Part shown: positions 1 to 12,886 of the stretch, piece after piece
Layout of the letters: the number at the start of each line of letters is the position of its first letter
Position numbering within the stretch: position 1 is the stretch's first letter
Origin: Pseudogymnoascus verrucosus
Lineage: Eukaryota
DNA: 64,000 bases
Strand: one strand, 5' to 3'
NCBI GenBank assembly: GCA_001662655.1
Contig: KV460215.1
The notes under the pieces: model-generated
Told to the model about the DNA's origin: nothing
What the model saw: the letters and a program-made list of their open reading frames with translations, nothing else
The model's database searches: none
Program-made: the position numbers and the translations under genes

Positions 1-709
1 AAAACATATTAACGGCAAGAACCTTGAGGAGAAACGTGAGGTTGTCATCGTTCGAGTAGTGTTCTAGCTTGGTGATCATGGCAACCGTTTTTTTGCCTTT
101 GCGAACTCTTTTGCCTCCAATTTTGAACATACACGGCGTGCTATCGTGGTCACGCTTTGCCCCTAGACAGGTATACGCGGAGGTGTATTGGAAGCAATCC
201 AATACGCCTTCTATTTCATTTTCAATCGGTTCGATTGGCACTGCCTTCTCGTCTCCAACTGGAAAAACCTTCTTCCAGACCTTGATTCGAGCGGCTTTCG
301 GTTTGGGTTTAATGTGGTACTTGCAAAAAGCTACCACTGCAAGCATCTCAAGCTGGTCTGGAAGCTCCCGGGACGCTTGAGTTAGCGTTGTCATAGACCC
401 GATCTGACTTGTAATGTCACTAGGATTAGGGTTATTGCATGGAGGGTTTCCCTCCTTCTTTGTAGGAGACCCGCATTTTCCGATGCCGAGGCCTAAGAGA
501 GTTGTTAGAGCCGCAGGGTCCATCGGAGCTGCGAGAGCTATAGCTTTGACGGTCTCCACAGATCCATTCTTCGAAGGTGTTGTTGGAGGGGTAGGTGCGT
601 AATTGCTAGCTCTTGTTGGAGAGCGTTCATTCTGGCGTGCTTGGTCCCCATCGATCCTCACCCTCGGCGGGGAGGGCGTATTCGGGGGACTGGGATAAGA
701 TGATGACAT
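1..709 (-). CDS. Partial (3'-truncated) hypothetical protein with repeated C-x-C...C-xx-H...W units; resembles the N-terminus of fungal T5orf172/MUG113-like proteins
   Basis: ATG at 709 opens a stop-free frame of about 236 codons that runs off the window (MSSSYPSPPNTPSPPR...KCGSPTKKEGNPPC...LAVVAFCKYH...W...TCLGAKRDHDSTPC...LAVNMF). It is absent from the ORF track because no stop codon lies in the window. The family assignment is inference. Confidence 0.6.
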   Translation of the reverse strand, partial: MSSSYPSPPNTPSPPRVRIDGDQARQNERSPTRASNYAPTPPTTPSKNGSVETVKAIALAAPMDPAALTTLLGLGIGKCGSPTKKEGNPPCNNPNPSDITSQIGSMTTLTQASRELPDQLEMLAVVAFCKYHIKPKPKAARIKVWKKVFPVGDEKAVPIEPIENEIEGVLDCFQYTSAYTCLGAKRDHDSTPCMFKIGGKRVRKGKKTVAMITKLEHYSNDDNLTFLLKVLAVNMF

Positions 710-1881
710 GTTGTGTTCTATCGCGGGAATGGTTCGACACTGTAATTTGGCCTGACTGTTAATCATACAATAGAGGCCAGTTTCCAGTTGGATTGAAAGT
801 GGGCTGCGACTAGAGGTCTTCAAGCTAGGCACAGGATGTGAAATGAGGTACCAGGAGCAGTAACTTCAAGCGTGCCTAGAACAATCGGGCGGGCAGTTAG
901 ATAATATAATCATTGCTTAGAAGCGAGAGAGTATTCCGTAGATGCTGTGAACGAAGGAGATGAGCCAGCAGGCCAGGCAAGCGAGGAGCCCGATGGGAGC
1001 CTAAATGTTGCGCGACCAGGAGGGAAGGCTGTGCTCATAGTTAGGCGCCGGGCCGTACCCACCGCGTACTTCATGGGGGGGGACGGACCTTCCCAGGAGA
1101 AATCGTGGCGTTTCACGCCCGAAACAGCACGTTTTCTCTGGAGAATCGTCGAGTTCCCTGGTTGGGTCTTGGTTTGGCTGGTGGCCCAGGCACGGCTTGA
1201 CAGGGTTTTGGGGGGTATCCCCTAGGCCTACAAGCAACATACGTAGACCCGTAGAATAGATAGCAATTCAATTGATTATATTATAATTATCCTATATACT
1301 GTACTCTACTGTGTGGCTTCTGTTAAGTCGTGCCAACACTGATCACGGTAGCCGGGGATGCCATACACATTGGCCTGGTTCCCATAGTCCAGGGTTACCT
1401 CTAACAGTCGCCAAACACTATAGGTCGAACACCACGATCTAGACTATGGTATATAGAAGTGTGTATTTTATTATTTAAAATATAAATAATAATAATATAG
1501 TAGGAGCACTAAGGAAAAAAATATGTTGCAGGTCCTGTATGTATCCTCAGATCGTACGGATAGGTCAAAATCATGACGGATAGGATATATCCGGATCAGT
1601 ATCCGGATCGGGTCGGGTCATTCACGATCTGTGCCGAACGCTGTAAAATAACAGTACGCCTAAGTTATCGTCTCTTGTTATTAAGTTCTCAAATAACTCA
1701 TCGTGAACATTGGGGGTGTTGATGGTTTCGGACAGTGGCACAGACATTTAGTCGTGTTGTTTCACCCCAGCATTAATTTACATGAACTATTAACAAGTCC
1801 AACCTCGATGACTCTAACCAACGGCTGCTGTTAGAATATTTTGTATGGATCCACATATGCCAACTTTAGCGTTAGACCGCG

Positions 1882-3272
1882 ATGATGATGCCACGGTCCG
1901 CGGCTCGTTCCCTGAGCCTCTTTAAGCGCCCAAAAGTGTCTCACCACATCGCGACCAAAGCCCATCTAATCGAAGAAGGAACGCTGAAGCACTATAACCC
2001 GGAACTATACTGCCCCGTTCATACAAACGAACTTTTCCATCAGAGATATAGAACATGCGTCAAACTAGGCTACGGTGGATACTCAACCGTCTGGCTCTGC
2101 GTTGACGAGACGTACGTTCCATGACACAAGCGCGTATGCCATGTTCTAACCTAAAGTAGAAATAACTCATACAAGGCCCTAAAGGTTGGGACTCGCAGGG
2201 TTAGCAAATCTATGACAAAGGAAGTCCAAGTTCTAGTGTACCTTAGAAGCCTGAAGTCTGTGCACGATGGCCAATCTTGGGTTCGAATGCCTTGCGATAC
2301 CTTCCAGATAGATTCCCCTGGCGGCTCACACGCCTGCTTAGTGTACGAGCCCCTTGGCATAAGCTTGCTAGAGCGCATCGATCTCCAACCTGGCAAAAGG
2401 CTCGAATTACCCCTTGTGAAAGTGGCTACATACTGTTTACTCTTGGCAATTGATTACCTCCATAGCTCTGGGGTTATCCATACAGGTAAATATCCATTCT
2501 AGATCAAGATTGTTGTTTTCTAACACCCAGTCCGTGAATTTAGACATCAAACTAGATAACATCCAAGAAGCGCTTCTAGATGAAGACACGGAAGTTCTCA
2601 ATAGGCTCGGCGAAGCAGAGCGCAGACAGCCAAGCCCCCAAAAGATTGTAACTGATAGAGCGACCATATACACCTCTCGCCGACTAGACTACGAATCGGG
2701 TGTCGTATATCCAATACTCACGGATCTAGGAATGGCTGTCTTTGGCTCAGCGGAATATACTCATACGATCCAAGCGATCCCGTATCGTGCCCCAGAAGTC
2801 ATTCTTGGAATGAAGTGGAACGAAAGCGTGGATATTTGGAATCTTGGCATCATCGTCAGTAAAGATGAATATTTGGCTATCTAGAACTAACGACGAACAG
2901 GTATGGGAGCTCCTCTGTGGAGAACACCTATTTGGTAGAGACAACGAGCTGGACACCCTTGCCTCGATGATCAAATATTTAGGACCGCCCCCAGCAGAAT
3001 TCCTAAAGCGTGGTGATAAGCATTTGCAGTATTTCGACGAGCAAGGTGAGCGCCCCATATCACCAGCAATTATATTAGAGGAGCCGAAACTGACCCAGTA
3101 TCCACTAGGAAACTGGAAAGGAACTCCTCTAGAACCTACCTCGTTAAAGGATAGACTGGAGGAGGGTGGGGATATCGACATGTTTGTTGATTTCGTGCAA
3201 GCTATGCTGTCGTGGGAGCCGGAGAAGAGACTGTCAGCTGCGGCGCTACTTAAGCATCCGTGGCTACAGTAG
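1882..3272 (+). CDS. SRPK-like (CMGC) Ser/Thr protein kinase, 5 exons
   Basis: Motifs KLGYGGYSTVWLC, YKALK, IHT-DIKLDNI, LTDLG, YRAPEV, VDIWNLG, LLKHPWL. GT-AG introns at about 2112-2159, 2486-2543, 2855-2900 and 3046-3108 give one continuous frame. Confidence 0.88.
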
Positions 3273-3524
3273 TAGATTGTACCATTGTAATTATAACGGC
3301 TGTATTAAAAGATAGGAATCGTGGATGTGGGAGATTGCGCCTCTTTGTTTTCTTCACAGAAACTGTAAACAGTTGCCTTTAGCACAGTCGCTGTCTTTAG
3401 CTTTGATATGCCACGAGAATCTGCTACTTGAGAGGCAACCAGAACTGTGAAAACTTGAACAAAATATTATATTAAAAATCAACGCCTTCATCTTTTACCC
3501 TTACTCCCCCATTTTTTCCTTTCC

Positions 3525-6500
3525 TCACTCTCCGACGGTCTGATGCATAACATTAACCCTATAACTCTCCGACCTCTCCAATAACTCCTCGTGTCCCCCC
3601 CGATCCACACACCGGCCCCCCTCTACCAAGAAAATAGTATCCGCCTTCCTAATCGTATGCAACCTATGCGCAATCGCAATCACCGTCACCCCCCTCGCCA
3701 CCTTATCCAGACCCTCCTGCAGCAAACGCTCTGACTCTGCATCTAATGCACTGGTCGACTCATCAAGAATCAACAACGTCGGCTTCCGCACCAGCGCCCG
3801 CGCGATGGAAAGGCGCTGCTTCTGACCTCCAGAGAACTGACTCCCGTTAGGCCCGCAGAGAGTCTCGTAACCCTCCGGTAAGGCGACGATGACATCGTGG
3901 ATGTTGGCGAGTTTACACGCGTCTTCGATCTCCTGTGTGGTGACCTCGTGGCCGGGGCGGGCGCCCAGACCAATGTTGAAAGCGATGCTGCCTTCGAAGA
4001 GCATGCTTTCCTGCGGGACGAGGGCGATGGAGTCGCGGAAGGAGGTATCGCGGTGGGCAGTTACGTCGACGCCGTCGATAATTATACCGCCTGATTGGGG
4101 AGTGTAAAGGCGCTCGATGAGGGCAATGATTGTGGATTTACCAGCGCCGCTGGGTCCGACAAGGGCGCAGAAGCTGCCGGGTTTGATGTTGATGTTTAAG
4201 CCGTTTAGGACTTTCATGTCGGGGCGGGCGGGATAGGAGAAGTGTATGTCACGGAGCTGGACGCTTGAGGCAGTGGTTCCGGATGGGAGAGGAGATTTCG
4301 TCTCAGCTGTTCCTTCGAGATCCTTTTCGGAGGTCACAGCGAGGGCATTCCTTGGGGTGATGCGTCCCTGCATTCCGTCCGATCCCTCCTCGATCAGGCC
4401 TAGGATTCTCGCCATGGCCGCTCTGGCGCTAGAAATTTCTGGCGCGAGAGCGAACATCTGACTCCATAGTAGCGCGCTGACGAGAAGGGAGAAGACAACA
4501 ATCAAGAACTGTGTCTGGGTGTAGTTGCCCGCAATGATCTGCTTGGCTCCCCACCAATACGCCAGGGCATTCACAAGATTTCCAAGGAAATAAGTAATTG
4601 CCTGGCAAAGACTTGCTTGCACAGTGACCTTGAGCGTCTCCTTACGAGGCCCCTTTAATGACCGGCGGTAGATGTTTAGAGTCTCTTCTTCAAGCGAGAG
4701 GGCAGCGATTGTCTTGATAGACGTGATAGCTTCGACGCCAATGTCAACCGACTGGGTATACGCATTCTCATGACGCTCCTCAAATTGACCGAGGACTCGG
4801 AGCTCCATGACACCAGCTCCAAGTAGAAGCGGTACCAATGACAGACATACCAATGCGATTCTCCAGGCAATAATGTGAGTCAAAATGATTGCCGCAATGA
4901 GATTGACGGTGATAGAGAACAGCGTGCCAATAACAGATCCGCTCAACCCAGCCAAGGCACTGCCGTCTCTAGTGATATAAGACAACAACGACGCTGGGGT
5001 TCGACCCTTCGACTGGTGCCACTGGAGATCCTGCTCAAATAGCGACCTAAAAGACAAGACCCTCACAGAGTAGACAATCTTCTCAGAAACCCATCCGAAC
5101 GCAGACCAACTCACCAAGTTCGCGAAGAACTCAATAATGGCGAGAACGAAGAACATGAGACCGTAGAAGTTACCGCGAGACCGGATACTATCCGCGCTGT
5201 TGCAAGGATTCAGACTGCCAACTGTATTTCCAAAAATGACAGCTTCGCCAGAGAAGGCTCCGCCGACAATAATGGAGCCGAAGAGCGCCATGACGAGTAC
5301 GAGTAGATGAGGTCTCAATGCCGGAGAGTATCCTCTGATGAGGACTCCCAGGCTTTTGGATGGGGTCTCAGGCTCTTGTTCTTCTGCGGTGCCTGTGGCT
5401 GGAGTGTCCTCGGTATTCGAAGCCTCCGTTTCCAGGGCCTCCTTCTCGATATCGACATCTGTCACAGAGTCTTGGAGAGTCTGGACACTGTTTAAGCTAG
5501 TCCTTTTTTCAATTTTGCCAGATGCAGATCCGAGAGTTTGAAGGTTAACCAAGTTGGCGTACGGCCCATTATTAGCCATCAAGGTCGCGTGGTTGCCCTG
5601 CTCCGAAATACGTCCTTTGTCCATAACAACGATATTATCCGCGCCTGTGATAGTCGACAAACGATGCGCAATTGTGATCACCGTCCTGCCGCTAGCAATG
5701 TTCGCGATGGCACGCTGGATGCGCTGTTCGCTTCGAGAATCCAAAGATGAGGTGGCTTCATCCAGGATGAGGACCGCGGGGTTCTTGACGAGGGCGCGAG
5801 CAAGGGCAATTCGTTGTTTTTGACCACCACTGATGAGTCGACCACTCGAACCAACTGTGGTTCCGTATCCGTATTGAAGAGCAGTGATGAAGGTGTCCGC
5901 ATCTGCAAGCACTGCAGCTTCTCGGACAAGAGTAACAATTCTGACCACTTCCGGGCCTCGTTTCTCTGCTGCAACCGTAAGATCTTCACCTTCCCTGAGG
6001 GTTGCTGCTAGATCCGCGAGCTCGGGACCTAGAAGTGCCGTCTTTAGAGATGTATGATCAGGGTTGCTAGAATTGATCAAGCCGTGTGCGATGTTCTCCA
6101 AGAGTGAGCGGTTGAGGAGAGAAGGCTCCTGCTGCACCAAGCCGAGGAAACTTCTAGAGTTCCGGACATTCAGATCACAAAGATCGTGACCATCAAAGAG
6201 GATTTGTCCCGCCGTTGGATCATATAATCTTGTAATAAGACCTGCGACAGTCGACTTTCCGCTTCCAGACAGGCCGACAATGGCAGTGTGTTTGTTGGCG
6301 GGCATCGAGATATTAATCTGATCCAGGACCGTGATATCTGGCCTTGACGGGTAAGTGAATGAAACATTCTTGAACTCGAAGCCACCCTCTGCCTGTGTTA
6401 GGCACAGGCCTGAACCACCAGTGCCATCAATGAGCGACTCGCGATCAATGTCCTCGCGCATCTTCTGGTATGAGGCAACGGCAGCCGAGAATAGATGGAG

Positions 6501-7515
6501 GAAGGGTGCAACCTGACTCAAAAGCAATGTAGCTGTTCATTGTGTTAATACACTCCAATGGTAGGATTATAGTCGACTAACCTTCAATGAGAATAAAAAT
6601 GACTGTAAACGTAGCACCGACGGTGGTGGTAGGAGAGTCTGAATGTGCAGCTATAGCGATACGCTTGCTTCCTTGCCAAAATGCCAGACCATTCGCGGAA
6701 TATGCAATAAAGTATAGGACACCGGATTGTATGCCAACTGCCGTGGCCTTCTTCAAGCCCTGTTGCTCTGATGCCTTGAGCGAGTCCGAGAATTTGTCCT
6801 CCAGCCTCACATTCGCGCCAAAGGCCTGGACGACGAGGATGTTGGAGAGCGCCTCCGAAGCAATCGACGCGGCGGTAGCGGCATAATCGGACATGAGTCC
6901 AGAGTACTTCTCGATATAATATCCTCCGACAAAGGACATTATGAAGAAGGCAGGGACCAGCGAGACAAGCATCGCCGCGAGGAGGTAGTCCTTGATGAAA
7001 GCCACGATATACGCCGTGATGAAGAACGACAAGCTGGAGAGGCATATCCCCACCTTCTCAGACGTGCCTGAGCGGATGGCCTGGATATCGCCATTGAGTC
7101 TCGAGGCGATCTCTCCTGGCGGAAGTTTATCAAAGTATGACGGTTCCTGTCGGAGTAAGTTCTGGAGATACCGTTCTCGCAGCCTCTGGGCTAGGCGAGC
7201 GCCGTTCAATGTCCAGCATGTTAGGTGGACATAGATAGTGATGAACTGAGCGATGGCCAGGTACACGATGAGGAGGATTTTGCTGTTGATGCTGGCTTGG
7301 TATTCTGGGCCCGAGTCTGTCGTATCGACAGCATCACACGTGATGGCATTGAAATCGTCCAAGAGCTGTCCAAAGACGATTCCGATTAGTGGAAAAGGAA
7401 CCCCGGATGCGATTGCAGCGACTACGCCTAGTAGAAGAGTGCCAATGTCGAGTTTCGTAGGATTCCCAGCTAGAAGCAGCTGGTGATAGCCCGAAAGCTT
7501 CTTGATGATCTTCAT
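3525..7515 (-). CDS. sitT: ABCB/MDR-type ABC transporter (TMD-NBD-TMD-NBD) of the siderophore cluster, SitT-like
   Basis: Two Walker A motifs (GLSGSGKST, GPSGAGKST), signatures ISGGQKQR and FSGGQKQR, Walker B ILDE twice. Intron 6533-6581 joins the two ORFs. It lies next to sidF/sidH/sidD, as in Aspergillus clusters. Confidence 0.88.
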
Positions 7516-8294
7516 TGCGTCTTGAAGTTGGTGATCAGCATTCTACCTTGTCACAAAGTGTATGAGTAGAGATGCATGGAGTGATAAGAAAACTCTTGGG
7601 CACAGAATCATAAATGGAGCTACGCTAGGATGCGGCAGTTGGAGAAAATGCGTCCGGGCAATTGTCAAATTCCATTTGATTCTGAGCCTGTATGAAAGGC
7701 CTCGTCGGCTCTATGGAGACCGAAAGATCATCGCTGGCAGGGTAGCTATGACGAGCTGCTAAGAATTCAACCAGGAGGCCCTGGAACTGGTCCAGGGTGA
7801 TACCGACATCGGTATTGAGCTGTTTGCTGTAAATTCTTGAGCGGACACAACCCATTGGGTGTATTCTCAGAGAATACACCCTTGATAAGTCGTAACATTG
7901 CTGCCATGTATCAGTGGATCCCATGGATCAACCAATGCTACGATACAAGCAACGCATGTACCACGAAGCCATACACTACTTACAGTAATTCGCGGCACGA
8001 CCCTGCACTGCCAAGACTAACCAAGTCCAACTCGGAAAGGTGCTAGGGCTGTTGAATATACGTAATGGCTATGGCTGAGCTAAGAACTCGGGACCTTACG
8101 GGTATTGAAGGAAAGGGAAGGAGCGATGGCGCCCCAAAACCGAAAAAGACGGGAAGGAACGACGGAGGCCAAGAAATAAAAACTTGGGAAAGCACGCCCT
8201 TCGTTCCTTCCTCACAAGCTTTTCTTCCCCCTATCCCCTGCGCAAACACACTTCTTGCGCCAAGATGCGCTAAGGCAACTGATGTGAGAATCCA

Positions 8295-8391
8295 ATCTAA
8301 TCAGATGATCTTATAAGTCCCAAATCGGGCCGAATAACCGGCTGGGCAGTGGAGAGTGGGGGTGAGGAGGTCGCAAAGAAAGTTATCAGAT
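8295..8391. promoter_or_regulatory. SreA-type GATA iron-repression elements upstream of sitT
   Basis: ATCTAATCAGAT at 8295-8306 and TTATCAGAT (reverse complement of the SreA consensus ATCWGATAA) at 8383-8391. Confidence 0.7.
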
Positions 8392-8963
8392 CCGTTTAGC
8401 CTACAGTGGGGCGTTGGTGGGATGGTTGTGTGTGTCGCTTAAAATATCCGGGAGTGGATGGGTGTGTGGGATGGGACATGGAGGTTGCATTTGCATGTGC
8501 AATGAGTGAGGTACGGGTATGGCGGAAAGTGGGGGGAAGAGAGCAGCATTGAGGGAGCTGTTATGCATGCACGCCTGACTCAGACTCACATGGTAGAAGC
8601 TGTCACAAGCTGTCGTAGCTGTCGCAGCGATGATCGTTTTATTTTTGGTTGAAGGGTAACTGACGATCGGGTTGAAATAATTACTTCAAACATGGGGAAG
8701 AGGAACAATGGATGAGAGTGAAGCCTGTCTCTCGAGAATCGGTCTTTTTAGAATGCAAATATATACATTTTAGATTTTATATCCAACTTCGTAGCTTCGG
8801 TCTATTGCCAGTTGATCCAAGAAATAAACCACAGATAGCCAACCGTAAAACTATGTTCGCCCGAACACCAATTCCAATGGCACATTCACTTCTCCAAAGT
8901 GTTCCTTACCTGCTTTTGAATCCCTCTGCTGTCCCCTCTCTATTACCGACAATTTAGCCCCCC

Positions 8964-10298
8964 CTAAAGCTTTGCATTCCACGCCGCCCGATCCGCGCTC
9001 TCCAGCGGCCTCTCCCTCCCATCCCAAAAGATCGGACAAAGCTGAAACCACTTCTCGCGGCTACAAACCGAGTGCACACTCCTCTTATGTCCCAAATCCA
9101 CATACTTCCCAATCGTCAGCCCCTGCGCATTCTCATAGCTCAGAATCGTCCCCCCCGTCGCCTTCGGCTCGCCAACAACATTCGCGCACCGCACGTCGTC
9201 GAGGAAGCAGTAGTGGATGCACGAGGAGTACCAGGCGTTGACGCGCTGGGCGCCGCGGAAGGAGTCGTCGCCGACGAGGGAGTGGCGACCACGGTCGTAG
9301 GGCGCAGCGTCGTAGTGCGCGCCGTAGTGGTCTTCTTTTGACCAGTAGAGCTCGAAATAGGCGAAACGGGTGTTGTCGAAGCGGCCGAAGAGGCAGAGGA
9401 CGTGGGGATCATTGTGGAGTTTGCGGAGGTAATTCCTGTGCTCGTCCAGTGTGCCGGTCTCGTTCCAGCCTTGCGCGACGCGCGGGTCGTTTTGCCATTT
9501 GTTGAAGAGCGCGAGGTGGGCTGCGTCTTCGTAGTTGACTACCTCGAGGGAGAAGTGCTCTGCGATTTCGGGGATGTAACGGCTGTAGACGATGGATCCT
9601 GGGTGCGGCTTGGGGCGGCGCGTGGGGTGGCGCGTGTAGACTGGCTCGTCGGGGAATTTCATCGTGACCTCGTAGTTCTCGGGCATGATGGGGTACTGGG
9701 CCAATGGCTCCCGGACTGGTCCGTCTGTACCATCTCCCACTGCCCAGATAGGGCGCGGGCCAGCGGGCGACGCGGCGCCCTGCCAGAATGCGCTGCGAAG
9801 AATGAGAAAGTCGTCAGGGCGGGTGGTGGTCTTGAACTTGGGGTGCCATTGGGCGGGGTGTTCGATTCCGAGACCAGTTGTGAGGAGTTCGGCGCGGATG
9901 ATTTCGTTACCAGTGCCGACGAGAGTGACGCGGAAATACTCATGTGTAGGGTGAGCTGTGTAGATGGCGTGAATTATGTTCCAGATCTGGCCCAGAGTTG
10001 GAGTGCTGTTTCCTGTCCACTGGAAGGTGGTTTGTGGGCTTCGGCGAGCACGTGCCCAGGCGCTGTTATTTGAGGTTGGGGGACGGTCATCTTTGGGTGC
10101 TAATGATAGTTCCATCCATGAGAGAGTGTCATTGTGAAGCGGTTGTGCAAGTGGGCGTCCTGCTGGAGGCTGGCCAAGGGGTGCTAAGGTGAGTTTGGCG
10201 GGCGTCGTTTCGGCGACTGTCTGAACTCGATATTCAGTGAGAAAAGGGTGTGGCAGTTTTACCAGAGGATATCTGCGTGGTGTTGAGCTGGATGCCAT
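8964..10298 (-). CDS. sidF: N5-hydroxyornithine:anhydromevalonyl-CoA transacylase (IucB/AlcB-like acyltransferase)
   Basis: [61 protein letters not shown]-terminal PTS1 AKL. First ATG at 10298. Divergent from sidH. Confidence 0.92.
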   Translation of the reverse strand: MASSSTPRRYPLVKLPHPFLTEYRVQTVAETTPAKLTLAPLGQPPAGRPLAQPLHNDTLSWMELSLAPKDDRPPTSNNSAWARARRSPQTTFQWTGNSTPTLGQIWNIIHAIYTAHPTHEYFRVTLVGTGNEIIRAELLTTGLGIEHPAQWHPKFKTTTRPDDFLILRSAFWQGAASPAGPRPIWAVGDGTDGPVREPLAQYPIMPENYEVTMKFPDEPVYTRHPTRRPKPHPGSIVYSRYIPEIAEHFSLEVVNYEDAAHLALFNKWQNDPRVAQGWNETGTLDEHRNYLRKLHNDPHVLCLFGRFDNTRFAYFELYWSKEDHYGAHYDAAPYDRGRHSLVGDDSFRGAQRVNAWYSSCIHYCFLDDVRCANVVGEPKATGGTILSYENAQGLTIGKYVDLGHKRSVHSVCSREKWFQLCPIFWDGRERPLESADRAAWNAKL

Positions 10299-10696
10299 CT
10301 TATTTGCGATCTTATCAACAACGTAGCGACGCAAATCGTGCTGGACTGGGGACGAGGATCAACGGGAGATCGAAGTTACTGTAGATAGGGACCCAAAAAA
10401 ATCGACCGAGGACAAGGCCACATATTTGAGAGAGTCCGCCGGCATCTGTTACTCCGCATCCCTACCATTACCGACGTAGTACACCCTAGTTTCATCAAAC
10501 CTCGCCCTGAGAAGGATCATTCCCGCAAGCGAATGCACTAGGAATGCCGGTGGTAGGCATGTCGGCAGCACGAACCAGCTTGCAAAGTATAAAGTCAATG
10601 GGAGGAGCTGGTCAGATTACACCATACCGTTAGAACGTTTGCTTCCGATCGATTGGCTGACAAACCACCCCGCCAACAGTCGAATCCACTCCCGAG

Positions 10697-11583
10697 ATGT
10701 CTCTCCGGTCAAGATCCCTGAATTTCAAGTACTTTAATGTGTCGTTCCCGGATGACAAGATTGTGCAGGTCACATTAAACAGGCCCGAGAAGTTGAACTG
10801 CATTGACCTACCTACGAGCCGGGAAATCCAAAAGATCTGGGAGCTGTTCGACCAAGATGGGAGCTTGTGGGTTGGCATTATCACTGGCACTGAGAGGGCT
10901 TTCTGCACCGGGGCCGATCTACAAGGTAAGCTTGCCATTTTCTGTGCTACATCGGTATTCCCGTTGACGAGAACCGACCGCTGACGCGTGTAGAATGGAA
11001 CGCCATGAACAAGGCCGGGGTGGTTAACGACATGGCTGCACCAGGTCTCGCTGGGCTGCCCCGCCGGAGTGGCAAGAAGCCGATCATCGCAGCAGTGAAC
11101 GGGATATGCATGGGTGGGGGCCTCGAGATGGTAGCTAACTGCGACCTCGTCATTGCATCCTCTTCGGCGATCTTCTCCCTGCCCGAGGCAAAGCGAGGAA
11201 TCGTCCCTGTGGCCGGCTGTCTGCCACGGCTAACACGCACCCTTGGCCTTCAGCGAACCATGGATCTCGTCCTGACGGGGAGGAGCGTGAGTGCCGCGAC
11301 GATGTATGAATGGGGCCTTGTTACGCGTCTGGTGGATGCTGGGTCCGATGTTGCCCGGGCAGCTGTTCAGGTGGCGCAGGAGATGTGCAAGAATAGCCCG
11401 GATGCGTTGATAGTTGGGCGACTTGGAGTGCGGATGAGCTGGGAGGCAGGGAGCGTGGAGGAGACGGTGACGACGCTGGCGAATGAATGGTACCCCCACC
11501 TAGTCAAAGGCGCCAACTTTGCAGAGGGCATCCAGGCATTTGTGGAGAAGCGACAACCTAAGTGGACAGACTCGAAGCTGTGA
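10697..11583 (+). CDS. sidH: Mevalonyl-CoA hydratase (enoyl-CoA hydratase/crotonase family)
   Basis: TLNRPEKLN, AFCTGADL, KPIIAAVNGICMGGGLE, FSLPEAKRG. Intron 10926-10993. C-terminal PTS1 SKL. Cluster context. Confidence 0.92.
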
Positions 11584-11822
11584 GAAGGGATAGCGGCCGA
11601 AATGCAATGTTGGGCTAGGATGAACCTCGGAATAGGGGAAAAGAACTAAAAATTAATCTAAACTATTGAAACGCCCTTGTTAAGTAAATACGCATGGTTG
11701 ATATAGCGTATTATGTTGTATTGGTTAGGACCAGTTGTTTCCCTTGTGGAGTCTGCGTCTTTGCGTCTTGTTGGATGCAACTGCGCTCCTTCCTTGTCAT
11801 CGTTAACGTGGCGTCAGGGGTC

Positions 11823-12499
11823 ATCTTATCAGATGGTACTAGCGTACTTATCAGATGGTACTAATTTTATTATCCCTGCTTGGCGTCTAACTAACCGGTA
11901 CTAGGCGGTACCAACCAGTTGAGTACTGACAGAGCTGTACTCGCTTCCCCCAAATCATCCCAGCTGTCCCGTCCCGGTTTCTTCCAAGTGAAACCCTGTG
12001 GACCGTGTTACGTGTGAACCCTTACGCCATGTGAAAAATCTTCATCTTATCAGATCCTGCATGAGCGATTAACCCCCCATAGCGGGGTACATGTCAGTGG
12101 AGTATTGCTCGGCGGTGTCTTCGCTTCTGTGCACCTTACTAGTAGTGAAGAGGAGCATTGAGCTGTAGCTCTAACATGGGCCCAAAGCCTACAGATAATC
12201 CTGCCAAGTGATAATCCTGTCTAGCAACATGTGCTAGCTGCTACCTGTCAAGTGTATTCCGTGCGGATCGACACGTTTGGTTTAGCTCGTTCCTTCCATA
12301 GAGTACTCGTATACTTGTCGCTCTAGTACTTACGATGCTACACTTTCTCTGCCGTGTATTCCGTAGCTGCTCCCGTCGTTCTAATACTGACCCCCATGTG
12401 GCTGCTCCAATTCTCTTAGCCAAGGCCATAACCCCCCCCCCCCCTGACCCACGAGATGTGTCAAACGGCGATGATATTTATCACGCCATCTGATTAGAT
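11823..12499. promoter_or_regulatory. Cluster of SreA-type GATA elements upstream of the siderophore importer
   Basis: ATCTTATCAGAT at 11823-11834 and 12044-12055, TTATCAGAT at 11848-11856, ATCTGATTAGAT at 12488-12499. Confidence 0.75.
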
Positions 12500-12886
12500 T
12501 TGATAATCGGCAAGTGTCCGCCTTGCCTTCCCTCCGCAAGCTGGTGTGATGGTGGAGTTTGCGTGGGGTTAGGGGGACTACTGTAGGTGGGATAGATGGG
12601 AACCCTACGCGTGGGCTCGTGTGGGCGGCAGAGTCTGCACAGACTGAGAATCCTAGACACTGGTGCATACGACCATGAAGGAAAAGCCCAGAGTCCCTGT
12701 CAATACTTGGCATACACCAGCTTCTCGGCAATAATGATCCGACCTCGGGGTCAATCAATCTTATCAGTATATGAATCTGCATGGCGCTAGAAGTAGACAC
12801 AGCTATAAGCGTAAGGATTTCCATTGTATTTATCCTTTTCGAGTTCTTGGCACACTGTCGTCTTGCTTCTTTCAAAGTCATCAACA

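Noticed and set aside
9402..10073. 223-aa plus-strand ORF and other ORFs overlapping sidF
   Set aside because: Antisense shadows of a GC-rich, codon-biased gene, with no recognisable motifs.
11825..11863. 17-bp direct repeat CTTATCAGATGGTACTA as a CRISPR-like or mobile element feature
   Set aside because: Only two copies with a 5-bp gap in a eukaryotic promoter. It is a duplicated SreA site.
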